Shown in pieces: positions 30,501-39,602 of a DNA stretch of 62,766 nucleotides (position 1 is its first letter; every line of letters begins with the position of its first letter). The position numbers were made by a program, and so were the translations under genes. The notes under the pieces were generated by a model, which was not told the DNA's origin, ran no database searches, and saw only the letters and a list, made by a program, of their open reading frames with translations. The stretch comes from Verrucomicrobiota bacterium (GTDB lineage Bacteria; Verrucomicrobiota; Verrucomicrobiia; Opitutales; Opitutaceae), in assembly GCA_036166175.1 (NCBI GenBank), contig JAYZHU010000212.1, forward strand, positions 1 through 62,766, written 5' to 3'.

Positions 30501-30686
30501 CGGATCCTAGCCGATCTCTACGAGGCCCAACGCCAGGAATTCGATGCCAATCCAGTAGAGGCTAATGCTTTGCTCGAAGTGGGTCATGCTCCCGTTACTC
30601 TTTACGAAAACCCGAGGGAGCACGCGGCCGCTACGGTCGTAATAAATGCGATTATGAACATCAACGAATCTCTGATAGAACGATGA
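27516..30686 (+). CDS. Planctomycete cytochrome c + DUF1549 + LamG-like insert + DUF1553 protein
   Basis: CFKCH and CSRCHDHKYDP; LamG-type ALQFTG..FSASVWV..WSHLVLSYDG..GRMDEFQMFDR; HPLTARVAVNRYWQ; RRSLY. Confidence 0.93.
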   Translation: MLLMIFRILPCLILLEFSATLLVAEEPLSFNEHIRPILSDRCFKCHGPDAENQKSEFRLDTREHATADLGDGFFGIVPGNLKESDLHWRIWDEEEEDRMPPPDSNLALSDEERKLLDRWIEEGAPYDTHWSLKPLPKSVEPPSGDSTWARNEIDKYIERGFAMKGVVPAKESRREKWLRRVSFDLTGLPPSVSEIEAFLADESEQAFEKVVERLLTSDAYAERMTSEWLDVARYSDSNGYQRDHERRVWPWRDWVIQSFQENMPYDEFVTTQLAGDLFPDATQDQVLATAFNRLHGHLMEGGIVPEEYRVEYVADRTHTFGSAFLGLTMECSRCHDHKYDPLTMEDYYSLSSFFANIEEAGLIAFFSFATPTPALAISDEKTDESLAKAQKKIDAIAAELEEIETAPETKANFENWLATNPRLDWPGREAWISFDEREGENFANAVAPDVPAISPEINKLVPGVFGKALQFTGDDKMEVFDVGHFPREHPFSASVWVRPNQYAPRESIFSRGGGADDAASMGYEFTLMDGKPTASWIHFWPGNAMRVQAKDRIPAGEWSHLVLSYDGSAIASGAKIFLNGEPMELVTVKDHLTKEITSWQTPSGQRVRQHLVLGERYRDRGFVKGRMDEFQMFDREVSELEARMLFRMQPTSPLLGTPIGNIADVELDELYNHFLATAYLPAMKTRAELQSARAERNRIMDGLEAISVMRETEEPRPAYILNRGAYDARGEEVIADTPSALPEFSEDQPRNRLGLARWLTDPDHPLTARVAVNRYWQMIFSEGLVRTPEDFGSQGSNPTHPELLDWLARDFVNHGWDLHRLMRQMVLSTTYRQSTFGDLASMEKDPENLTFCRSNPTRLAAEMIRDNALALSGLLVDDIGGPPVKPYEVAASFKPMEPDEGEGLYRRSLYTLWKRNSPAPMMVAFDAPKRDVCSLKREPTTSPLQPLVILNGPQFVEAARVFGERLLAKHSGDRKAVIEDAFYQLTSRKPDSEEARILADLYEAQRQEFDANPVEANALLEVGHAPVTLYENPREHAAATVVINAIMNINESLIER

Positions 30687-32131
30687 AAGAACCGCTTTGT
30701 ACAGGTTATGAAAGCCCGATTGGGATGTCGCGCCGCTCATTCCTCAAGCAGATGGGCATGGGACTCGGGGGATTGGCTTTGGGCAGCCTGGTGAATCCCT
30801 TGAAAGTCGTCGCCAAAGATGCTCCTGCATTGGCGAATACTCACTTCCCAGGAACTGCAAAGCGTATCATTTATTTGTTCCAGTCTGGCGGACCATCCCA
30901 GATGGACTTATTTGACTACAAGCCGCGGCTAAACAAGGAGCACGGTGAAGAGCTGCCGGACTCCGTTCGACGAGGCCAAAGACTGACTGGCATGTCGACT
31001 AGCCAAGCAAGTTTTCCGCTGGCAGGGTCCCCCTTCAAGTTTGAGCAGCATGGCGAGAGTGGAGCTTGGTTTAGCGAGACCTTACCGCATATGGCGTCAA
31101 TCGCCGACAAAATGTGTTTCGTCAAAACCTTGTACACCGAGGCTATCAATCATGGTCCTGGTGTGACTATGATGATGTCGGGATCTCAGATTCCAGGACG
31201 GCCCACCGCGGGATCTTGGCTCTCTTATGGACTGGGAAGTCCGAACAAGAATCTGCCCTCCTATGTTGTATTGACGCCAAAAGTACAAAAAGGGCAGCCA
31301 TTGACATCACGCTACTGGGGCAGCGGTTTTCTGCCAGGACGGCATGACGGAGTCCGGTTCCGGCCAGAAAAGGATGCTGTTCTCTATTTAAACAATCCAG
31401 ATGGGGTCAGTCGATCGAGCCGAAAAAAGACCATCGATCACTTGAAGGAACTGCATGAGTATCAAGTGAGCAAGCAAAGCGATCCGGTTTTGGAAAACCA
31501 GATTGAACAATATGAAATGGCCTTCCGCATGCAGGCCTCCGTCCCTGAAGTTTCCGACATTAGCGGGGAATCCAGGGCAACCTTGGAATTATACGGGGAT
31601 GATGTGACCGAGCCCGGGACCTTTGCTGCTAATTGCTTACTGGCCCGTAGGCTAGCGGAGCGGGAGGTTCCCTTTGTCCAAGTGTTTCACACTGGCTGGG
31701 ATGCCCACAGTGGGTGCCCAGGCAACGTGAGGTCGAACTCGCAAAAGACTGACCAAGCCTCGGCTGCCTTGATTAAGGACTTAGAATCTCGCGGAATGCT
31801 CGACGATACGCTGGTTATTTGGGGCGGTGAATTTGGCCGGACAAATTATTGCCAAGGCAAGATGACCAAAACGAATTTCGGCCGCGATCATCATCCCCGT
31901 TGCTTCACGATTTGGATGGCCGGTGGCGGTGTGAATCCTGGGTACAGTCACGGGGTAACAGACGACTACTGCTACAACATCGAGGCCGATGGCGTGCATG
32001 TTCACGATTTTCACGCGACGATGATGCACCTCTTGGGCATCGACCATGAACGCCTTACGTACAAGTTCCAAGGTCGCTACTTTAGGCTGACCGACGTACA
32101 TGGCCATGTCATTAAGGAGTTGCTCGCCTAG
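30683..32131 (+). CDS. DUF1501 domain protein, Tat-exported
   Basis: SRRSFLK; GGPSQMDLFDYKP; GWDAH; WGGEFGRT; GRDHHP; ATGA overlap with the upstream gene. Confidence 0.94.
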   Translation: MKEPLCTGYESPIGMSRRSFLKQMGMGLGGLALGSLVNPLKVVAKDAPALANTHFPGTAKRIIYLFQSGGPSQMDLFDYKPRLNKEHGEELPDSVRRGQRLTGMSTSQASFPLAGSPFKFEQHGESGAWFSETLPHMASIADKMCFVKTLYTEAINHGPGVTMMMSGSQIPGRPTAGSWLSYGLGSPNKNLPSYVVLTPKVQKGQPLTSRYWGSGFLPGRHDGVRFRPEKDAVLYLNNPDGVSRSSRKKTIDHLKELHEYQVSKQSDPVLENQIEQYEMAFRMQASVPEVSDISGESRATLELYGDDVTEPGTFAANCLLARRLAEREVPFVQVFHTGWDAHSGCPGNVRSNSQKTDQASAALIKDLESRGMLDDTLVIWGGEFGRTNYCQGKMTKTNFGRDHHPRCFTIWMAGGGVNPGYSHGVTDDYCYNIEADGVHVHDFHATMMHLLGIDHERLTYKFQGRYFRLTDVHGHVIKELLA

Positions 32132-32173
32132 CGCTTCACTCGAGATAGCGTAAAATCAAGTCGGTATATACAA

Positions 32174-33297
32174 ATGCTGAAACCGGCATAATTAATTTTC
32201 TCCGTATTTATCGCTATTTCCTCTCTAGGATTTGGCCACGGTATCGACGGATCACATAGCCCAAACAACCCTAAAATTTTTTGTCAGGCGACGAGGGGAC
32301 CCTCGGGCACAATGGGCTTGAATTTTCTGTTGATTTGAACAGGGCCATAGTGGATCCAAACATTGCTCCGGTCATCAATTCTCACGCTATCGCCGAAGGC
32401 AGGGACGGATTGCTCTATCTGGTGACGGACCATCCCAAAGCGGCATATATAGTCCAAAAAAAAGACGGTACTTTTGTACGTTCGTTTGGCGAGGGCTTGG
32501 TGGGAGGCCACGGACTGGAGATATTTGAAAAGAATGGGGAAGAGTACGTGATCCACGTAGATTGCGGCTGGCATTTTGAAGCCGCGGGATGGAATGCCCA
32601 TCCTAGCAATGGGAGAATCACCATTCTCAAAACCGAAGGGACGATCGCTAATCGTCTGCCCACGCCGTTCGAAATGGGAATCGGAGAAGCGGGAGACAGG
32701 CAATTCATGCCATGCGACGTCGCCGTAACGCCTAAAGGGACGGTCCTTATCGCTGATGGATATGCTTCAGACCTTGTTTATGAGATGACAATGGACGGAG
32801 CTCTTGTCAAACGCTGGGGTGCTCCCAAAGAAGACGATCCGAACCACTTGCAAAATGCCCATGGGATTTCACTCGATTTGTCAGGAGATACGCCACTCGT
32901 CTGGGTGCCTTCGAGGGCTGAGAATAAGATCAAGGCTTTTACCTTGGAAGGCGATTACGTGGAAACAATTAACTTGCCTGGCGCCTTCGCCGGTCAGTTG
33001 TTTTTTCGAGGCGACAAAATTTACACGGCGGTTTGCTGGTCCAAGGAAAATGGAGTCGGTAAACGCCTATCCGAGTCTGGTTTTCTTCTTATAATGGATC
33101 GGGAAACCAAGCGAGTTCTCAGCGCTCCGGGAGGGAGCGAGCCCGTCTATGTCGATGGCGAGTTGCAACCTCTCTACCAAACTAGTCAGACGTTCGTCCA
33201 TGGACACGATCTCTACGTCGATAGCGATGGAGCTATCTATATTGGTGAATGGAACGCCAATAGACGCTATCCGGCTAAACTGTCCCTTTCCCGTTAG
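32174..33297 (+). pseudogene. NHL-repeat / 6-bladed propeller protein (peptidylglycine-monooxygenase-like); signal-peptide region disrupted
   Basis: Body ORF 32281-33297 has NSHAI, GGHGL, PCDVAV..IADGY, NAHGI, HGHDLYVDSDGAIY; upstream ATG 32174 encodes MLKPA*LIFSVFIAISSLGFGHG (TAA 32189) and joins the body only if one T of the T6 run at 32277-32282 is removed. Confidence 0.7.
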
Positions 33298-33543
33298 GCC
33301 ATTCACAATTTGGTTAGCAGCAACTGAGCTTGGTGAAGAAGAGAAAAATTTTTGCCACCATCACGTTGCATTTTTGGAAAAACTTCCTAAAAATTACAGA
33401 TGTAATGGGTTTGTGCGAATTTGCAATCAAGTGAGAGTCCAATTCCTTTGACATATTAGGTAGTACAAGTCCTACAACCAGTTAAAGAGCGCGAGGGAAG
33501 ATTGGTGACGCATGGCCTCCCATTGGAGCGCGAGGTTAAGTCA

Positions 33544-36033
33544 ATGATAGCAACGAAATTTTTAGAGAACTCTTTGATTAACCGAGTAGCTTTCCGCATC
33601 GCCACTACTTTCGCCCTGTACGCAATTATGGCTGGGGATGAACTGTGGGCGAAGGCCGCTATTGACCCTGATGAAGGGGGAAGGGAGAAAATGCCAAAAA
33701 GCGACGCGATCGTTAGCGAGAAAGACGAAGTCGAGCTCGTCGAGGACTCCAATGTCAGCGAAGCCATTCAGCGACGGCCAGATCTGAGTTTCGCGAATGT
33801 GACCATCGACGGGGAGGGTTCGCGTCAATCGTTGGATACCATCTCCGCGGAAGCCGTTTCATCGGTGGAAGTTCTGAAAGCGGTCACGCCAGATCAAGAC
33901 GCAGATTCTCGAGGAGGATCGATTCGGCTCAAAACACGCCCATCCTACACGCAAAAAGGAGTTTCGACGAAAATTATGCTCGAGACCGACTACAGCTCCT
34001 TCGTGGAAGAATTTGGTTATGAAGGGAGCGTGTCCGTCGGCGGTCCTCTAAACGAAGCGCGAACGATTGGGGGACGCTTTACGGTAGGCTACGAAAGTCA
34101 GCGTCGGGGCGATCAGTACATCAATAAGGATTGGTTTCGAAGGAGAGTCGATGGCGAGTCTAAACTAGCGCTAAGTGAATTGAATCTGAACGATATTGAG
34201 GAGTGGAATTCGGATCGGGACCTCAGCGCTGCCCTAGACTTTAAAGCCAGCGATTCACTTCGGTTTTCGTGGAAAGGCAGTCACAGCCTATATCGAAATC
34301 ACGAAAAGCGACCGCAGCTAGAATTCCGGTTCAACAAAGGGGACTACGTGTCAATCAATCCCAGTGGGGCGAGCATTGAGAATATTGAGGTCGAGCGAGG
34401 CTACTTTGAATTCGAAAACGAGTTTGAAGTGGCGGAAACCACATTTGGGGCGGACTGGACGCGAGGCGATTGGGAAGCTAATTTCAAGGCAGTGTACCAG
34501 GATGATCAATACCGTCCGCTTGAGTATTTCAATATTGATTTCGTGAATCCGGATGTTGATGCAACTTACGGATTGGATAGTTACGTTTTTCCTACTGTTA
34601 CTTTGGATAAGGGCACTTCTATCGAGAACGCTTCACAATTCCTGCTTGAAGATTTCACCTATAGGGACCGCCGTAGAGCTGAGATAGATACGATCGGCGC
34701 GGCCAATTTAAAATGGAGTAACGCGTTCGGTAACGAAAACCTAGCTTTGCGATTCGGGGCGAAGACCCGAAAACGCGTCAACGACTCATTCAATGAAACT
34801 TCTTATTACGACGATTCCGCTTCGGGATCGCCGTTCGCGCTATCTGACGTAGAGTGGGCCAATAACGGCATCGACTTTTTCGGGAGTCGTTACGACCTAG
34901 GTCCAGCTGTCGATCGGCAGCTGACAGATGCGTTTATCGAAAATGATTTCGATCGATTCACTTACGATGAGCGACGCTCAAGAGAACGATCCGACTCTTC
35001 TACATATTCTGTCCAAGAGCAAGTGGATGCCCTCTATGCCATGGGGGACTACAGCTTGGGAAAATGGCGAGCGCTCGTTGGCGTACGTCAGGAGAGCACC
35101 TTTATAGATTTTGAAGCCAACGAAGTACTCCTTGGCAAAGATGCCTTGGACAAGGACTCGGATGGCGATTTAAACGAGATCGTCTACTTAGGCTCAACCC
35201 CGACTTTCGGATCCAACGAATACAGCCACAATTTTCCGAATACTCACGTCCGCTATAAGCTGAACGAAAACACGACCTTCATAACTTCATACACTAAAAC
35301 AATTGATCGCCCTGATTATGCTGATGTTGTTCCTTATCGTCTCGTGGCCCTGGAAGACCGTGAAGTCGAGGAGGGTAATCCGCTTCTAAAACCTACACTC
35401 TATACCAATATCGATTTTTCGGTCGATATGAGAATACGAGACGGCGGAATGGTGTCGGTGGAGTTGTTCGACCGGCAACTGGAAGACTATATATTCGGAA
35501 ATGAAACCATCGTTGTTGGCGGAATCTATGACGGTTTTGAGTTGGAACGCCAGGAGAACAGTTCTAGCGCTTTTTTGAGAGGCGTATCTATGACTTGGAG
35601 CCAACCTATTAGGCTACCGCTCATAGAGGATGGATTTTCATTCAACGCTAAGTACGTGAGACAGGAGTCCGAGCTGCAGTATCCCGAGCGTCCAGGCGAA
35701 GTGCTTCCACTTCCAAGAATGCCAGACAATGAAGTGAACGTCTCTTTAACTTACGAGAAAGAAAAGCTATTTGCTCAAGTAAAGCTATGGAATGAAGACG
35801 ACAATGTATTCAGAGTAGGGAACAGCGCCGAAAGCGATCGATACGCCGGATCGAGAAGCCGTGTAGATCTCACAGTAAGCTACAAGCTGCAAAAGAAGTC
35901 GCGGCTCTATGTGGAGTGGGATAACATAACAAGCGAACCCTATTTTAGAATCTACGAAGGCAGCCCGCTTTACGCGACCTTCTACCGTACTCGTCCCTGG
36001 AGCTTGACGACCGGAATGAGGATCGAGCTTTAG
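33544..36033 (+). CDS. TonB-dependent receptor (outer-membrane barrel) with shortened plug
   Basis: SLDTISAEAVSSVEVLKAVTPDQDAD..GGSIRLKT plug end; GVRQE, RPDY, GNPLLKP, NITSEP, C-terminal beta strand GMRIEL; start ATG 33544 (track 33502). Confidence 0.9.
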   Translation: MIATKFLENSLINRVAFRIATTFALYAIMAGDELWAKAAIDPDEGGREKMPKSDAIVSEKDEVELVEDSNVSEAIQRRPDLSFANVTIDGEGSRQSLDTISAEAVSSVEVLKAVTPDQDADSRGGSIRLKTRPSYTQKGVSTKIMLETDYSSFVEEFGYEGSVSVGGPLNEARTIGGRFTVGYESQRRGDQYINKDWFRRRVDGESKLALSELNLNDIEEWNSDRDLSAALDFKASDSLRFSWKGSHSLYRNHEKRPQLEFRFNKGDYVSINPSGASIENIEVERGYFEFENEFEVAETTFGADWTRGDWEANFKAVYQDDQYRPLEYFNIDFVNPDVDATYGLDSYVFPTVTLDKGTSIENASQFLLEDFTYRDRRRAEIDTIGAANLKWSNAFGNENLALRFGAKTRKRVNDSFNETSYYDDSASGSPFALSDVEWANNGIDFFGSRYDLGPAVDRQLTDAFIENDFDRFTYDERRSRERSDSSTYSVQEQVDALYAMGDYSLGKWRALVGVRQESTFIDFEANEVLLGKDALDKDSDGDLNEIVYLGSTPTFGSNEYSHNFPNTHVRYKLNENTTFITSYTKTIDRPDYADVVPYRLVALEDREVEEGNPLLKPTLYTNIDFSVDMRIRDGGMVSVELFDRQLEDYIFGNETIVVGGIYDGFELERQENSSSAFLRGVSMTWSQPIRLPLIEDGFSFNAKYVRQESELQYPERPGEVLPLPRMPDNEVNVSLTYEKEKLFAQVKLWNEDDNVFRVGNSAESDRYAGSRSRVDLTVSYKLQKKSRLYVEWDNITSEPYFRIYEGSPLYATFYRTRPWSLTTGMRIEL

Positions 36034-36101
36034 ACGCTTGATCCAATTTAGTTCACAGCGCATTGCCGTGGATCGGAGCGGGCCCACTTAGCCGGAGTCG
36101 G

Positions 36102-36836
36102 CTAAATCGGTTTGGCGAAAATCATGAAGTGCTGCCAAGGGAGATCGTTTTTGGTTTCCACCCATTCGAATCCGACAAAACTCATCTCTTTTTTCGCCTG
36201 AGCCTGAGTCATCTTGTGGAGCGGTTTGATCGGGACCTTTGGATCTTCTGCTCGGTATTCCAGCAAGTAAAGGATTCCACCCGGTTTTAGAGCGGAGAAG
36301 ATTGATCGCATCATCTCATAGGGATGAGAAAATTCGTGATAGGCATCGACGAACAGCGCGGCATCAATGCTTTCCGCTGGCAGTTGGATACTTTGAACTG
36401 AGCCAAGATGGATTTCCACGTTCGAGACATCACTCTCTCTCGATTTCCGCTTAATAAAATCCAGCATTTCTGGCTGAATATCGACGGCGATGACCTTGGA
36501 ATCGGGAAATCGTTGAGCGATTCTAAAACTATAGTATCCCGATCCAGCGCCAATGTCGGCTATAGCTTGACCAGGCTTCAGCTGGATCATTCCGATTGCC
36601 TTGCTGGGCGCTTCCTCGTCTTCCCGATTGTCGCGCTCCAACCACGAAATTCCTCGGTGCCCCATTACTTGGGCGATCTCTCGACCTTGATAGTATTTAC
36701 CGATCCCATCACGCGTTCTCTGGCCGCTCTCGTATATCGATTCGCGCTCGCTTTGAGCCAGCAAGTTGGCGCTCATTACCAAAGCGGCGATAAGTAGCAA
36801 ACTTGACACCTGTGAAACTGGAAAAATCCGATTCAT
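36102..36836 (-). CDS. Class I SAM-dependent methyltransferase with N-terminal signal peptide
   Basis: IADIGAGSGY, AVDIQPEML, VDAYHEF, ALKPGG; family motifs YQGREIAQVMGH, LPWQH. Confidence 0.9.
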   Translation of the reverse strand: MNRIFPVSQVSSLLLIAALVMSANLLAQSERESIYESGQRTRDGIGKYYQGREIAQVMGHRGISWLERDNREDEEAPSKAIGMIQLKPGQAIADIGAGSGYYSFRIAQRFPDSKVIAVDIQPEMLDFIKRKSRESDVSNVEIHLGSVQSIQLPAESIDAALFVDAYHEFSHPYEMMRSIFSALKPGGILYLLEYRAEDPKVPIKPLHKMTQAQAKKEMSFVGFEWVETKNDLPWQHFMIFAKPI

Positions 36837-37025
36837 ATCAATGGAAACGTATCAGGCACTATCAGAGAATGCGATGGTTGTACTGAATGAGCCAATTAAA
36901 TCGTCATGACTTTGTAACATTCTAGTGTTTATATTTAATCGGTTGGCGTCGAGAACAGGAGACGTCGTTTAAAGGACCCTATTTTTAGTTCTGAATCCAA
37001 CTCTAACAACTAAACGAATTTTCTA

Positions 37026-37397
37026 ATGCCTGATGATGTTAGTCTAGACGAGGTGAATGGGCTGAATCGCGTGAAGTCTATCGGCATCGTACCTGTAGAC
37101 GAATGGCGCAAGTCCTTCGAAAAAATACTGGCATTAAAGGAGGAGCACCGAATCAATTGTCTTTTGATCGATAGCAAAGAACAGATGGAGACATCCGATT
37201 ATGGAGAAATCCTGGAGTTCGCTAAAACAATTCCTAAAGATCTCAAATTGGCGTTTTTAGTAGAAGATATATCGGGCGGGAAAGCCCAGACAACCGAACC
37301 GAAAATTCGGTTTCTAGAAGCAGTTGGATCCAAGGAAGAGCTGGATGTTCGCTCGTTTATCGACGAAGACGAAGCTCTCAAATGGCTCAAAAACTGA
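37026..37397 (+). CDS. Small hypothetical protein, STAS/SEC14 (SpoIIAA-like) type
   Basis: 123 aa; LLID, KLAFLV and C-terminal VRSFIDEDEALKWL typical of the family. Confidence 0.65.
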   Translation: MPDDVSLDEVNGLNRVKSIGIVPVDEWRKSFEKILALKEEHRINCLLIDSKEQMETSDYGEILEFAKTIPKDLKLAFLVEDISGGKAQTTEPKIRFLEAVGSKEELDVRSFIDEDEALKWLKN

Positions 37398-37414
37398 ATT
37401 GGATCCAGCTGGAA

Positions 37415-38740
37415 CTATCCGCGTTCCGCTGGCCAAAGCTGGTTGCCGCTTTCATCGAATTTCATGGCTTCGAGTTCTCCGTCAATTTCGAGATCGTCGC
37501 GCTCTTCGATTTCGGAGAGGTAAGCGGATGATAGCCAGATCCGATTGATTTGCTTGGTATTCGCGATTTGAGCGATTCGTATTTTGTCCGATTCCTCGGC
37601 GACCGCCATACGACAGGCGATTTCGATAGCCTCTCGATCTGTCTCGGCCACGAGCGGTATTCTCGTCGAAATTGGTGTCCGAGCCGTAAGGGCGTTGGTA
37701 TAGGTGATGCCTAAGTTTATCTTCTCCGCTGCTCGACGCGTAGTTATGTCGGCCATACCGATTCCAATGGCATTTCCCTTGGTCGCCTTTGTGAGGTCGC
37801 GAATGACAATCTGGCTGATATTCGGGGTGTAATCTCTCTTTAAGTTGGCGGCGGAACGTCCCGTAACATTCGAGTCCATTCCTCCTCCGCTGACGTCCTT
37901 TCCGAGAGCGTCAATAACGAGCACGTCGATATCCGAGACGAGCATTTTGCCCATGATGCGCTTCGAGTAGTTCAGGAGCTCCTTCTCGCGAACGAAAATC
38001 GATTCTTTGGAGATGGCTTCTACTTTAGCTACGCCATTGTAAGCGTTCTCAACGATCCCAAGTCCGAAAATGACCGGGGCTTTATCAAGCATGATCCTAG
38101 CTGCCGCGGGAACCAGCTCGTGGAAACGACGGAAGCCTAGCTTGTGGACTGCTGTCGTTCCCAGGTGCTTCCCCAGCCCGATCAACATCATCTTGAGTAG
38201 ACCGCTTTCGTAATCGGCTGCGAATGCCGTGTGCGCCTTGATCCGATTGCAGACTACGATACCGTCTGACTCGAAGGCGTTCTTGTCGCAGCAGACGGGC
38301 GTATCCTTGTCCAGACTACCGATTTCCACAACTTCCATTGTTGCATGGATAGGCGCGCCTACGGAGGCCTCAGTGATTCCCAAGCTCTCTAGTACCGCTA
38401 GCTGACCCGCGGCTGTGGCTCCACCGTGGCTACCCATGGCAGGAACTACAAAGGGGTCGGCGCTTTTCGACTTTAGAAACGAGACTAGAGCTTTGATGGC
38501 AGATACCTGCCCGCAAATACCTCGACTACCGGCAGTGATGGCAATCCGTTTGCCACTCAGCTCAATCGAGGGCAAGGCAGCCAACTGAGCTAGGGTTTCC
38601 TTCTCTACATCCTCAACGACGTCTTCGGGGAATCGTTGTAATACCGGTATGAGATTGGGGAGAGGATAGGGTTTCGAATTGGCAAAAGTGGGCCTTATAT
38701 TTTCTATATCCAGACTGGTTGGGTAGGGGAAATCAGGCAT
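37415..38740 (-). CDS. Lactate racemase (LarA/DUF2088)-domain protein
   Basis: IAITAGSRGI, PAMGSHGG, NRIKAH, ESGLLKM, GKDVSGGGMD; true start probably ATG 38740 (AAAGGTG upstream), since the track's longer ORF overlaps the aldolase. Confidence 0.85.
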   Translation of the reverse strand: MPDFPYPTSLDIENIRPTFANSKPYPLPNLIPVLQRFPEDVVEDVEKETLAQLAALPSIELSGKRIAITAGSRGICGQVSAIKALVSFLKSKSADPFVVPAMGSHGGATAAGQLAVLESLGITEASVGAPIHATMEVVEIGSLDKDTPVCCDKNAFESDGIVVCNRIKAHTAFAADYESGLLKMMLIGLGKHLGTTAVHKLGFRRFHELVPAAARIMLDKAPVIFGLGIVENAYNGVAKVEAISKESIFVREKELLNYSKRIMGKMLVSDIDVLVIDALGKDVSGGGMDSNVTGRSAANLKRDYTPNISQIVIRDLTKATKGNAIGIGMADITTRRAAEKINLGITYTNALTARTPISTRIPLVAETDREAIEIACRMAVAEESDKIRIAQIANTKQINRIWLSSAYLSEIEERDDLEIDGELEAMKFDESGNQLWPAERG

Positions 38741-38750
38741 CTTAACACCT

Positions 38751-39521
38751 TTAGTGACAATATTCTCGAGAGGAGGCAACGAGGGATTTGAATCCTTTGG
38801 CCACCATTCCTGCATCCGACCCAATCGCCACGAGATTAAAACCTGAATCGTAGTATCGTTGGATATCGGAATTGCTAAAACCCAGGATTCCGGATGCTTT
38901 TCCGTTCTCCTTTGCCGCATCGCGCGTTTTGTCAATTGCTTCAAGGAAGTCGGGATGGTCGAACTGCTTAGGAATTCCCATAGAAACAGACAAATCAGCA
39001 GGGCCAACAAATAGAGCGTCAATTCCTTCCGTTGATGAAATTGAGGCCGCATTTCCCAGAGCCAATGGTGACTCAATCTGGGCAATGATGAGTGTGCTCA
39101 AATGGGCTGTTTTGAGTTGCTCATCCAATAAGGCTCCATAACGAACGCTCCGATTCATGGAAGAAACCCCTCTATCTCCATGGGGAGGAAATCGAGAATG
39201 GGCAACAGCTCTTTGAGCTTCCTCGACTGTGTTGACGTTGGGAATCATTAGTCCCCAAGCCCCGAGATCGAGCGCCTTCTTAAAATAGACTGGATCAATT
39301 GCAGGCAATCTAACGATGGGGGCGATGGAACTGTTTCCCAGCGCCATCATCTGGGACGCGAGGGACTCCCAGGATCCGGAACCATGCTCCATGTCGATTA
39401 AGCACCAGTCCAGCCCCGAGCATCCGGCAATTTCCGCTAATGCGGGAGAACCTGTGTTGAGAAAAGTGCCAATTAGCTTGTCGCCAGCCAGGACGTTTTC
39501 GCGAAAATTCAAAGGATCCAT
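38751..39521 (-). CDS. HpcH/HpaI (GarL-like) class II pyruvate aldolase
   Basis: DWCLIDMEHG, PIVR, ALDLGA, PPHGDRG, AQIES, LFVGPADLS; start ATG 39521 preferred (track 39584). Confidence 0.93.
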   Translation of the reverse strand: MDPLNFRENVLAGDKLIGTFLNTGSPALAEIAGCSGLDWCLIDMEHGSGSWESLASQMMALGNSSIAPIVRLPAIDPVYFKKALDLGAWGLMIPNVNTVEEAQRAVAHSRFPPHGDRGVSSMNRSVRYGALLDEQLKTAHLSTLIIAQIESPLALGNAASISSTEGIDALFVGPADLSVSMGIPKQFDHPDFLEAIDKTRDAAKENGKASGILGFSNSDIQRYYDSGFNLVAIGSDAGMVAKGFKSLVASSREYCH

Positions 39522-39602
39522 AACGAGGATAGTCTCCAGCTGTTCAAACCTTCGAAAACGTATCTGTAATTTATATACATTCAAGCATTGCGCTCGGATT
39601 TC

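Noticed and set aside
33415-33480. Fur box or sigma-70 promoter upstream of the TonB-dependent receptor
   Set aside because: TTGACA at 33448 has no well-spaced -10 and the dyad symmetry is weak
38741-39085. N-terminal extension of the 556-aa LarA-like ORF
   Set aside because: Overlaps the aldolase in another frame; ATG 38740 has an RBS-like site and gives a typical length
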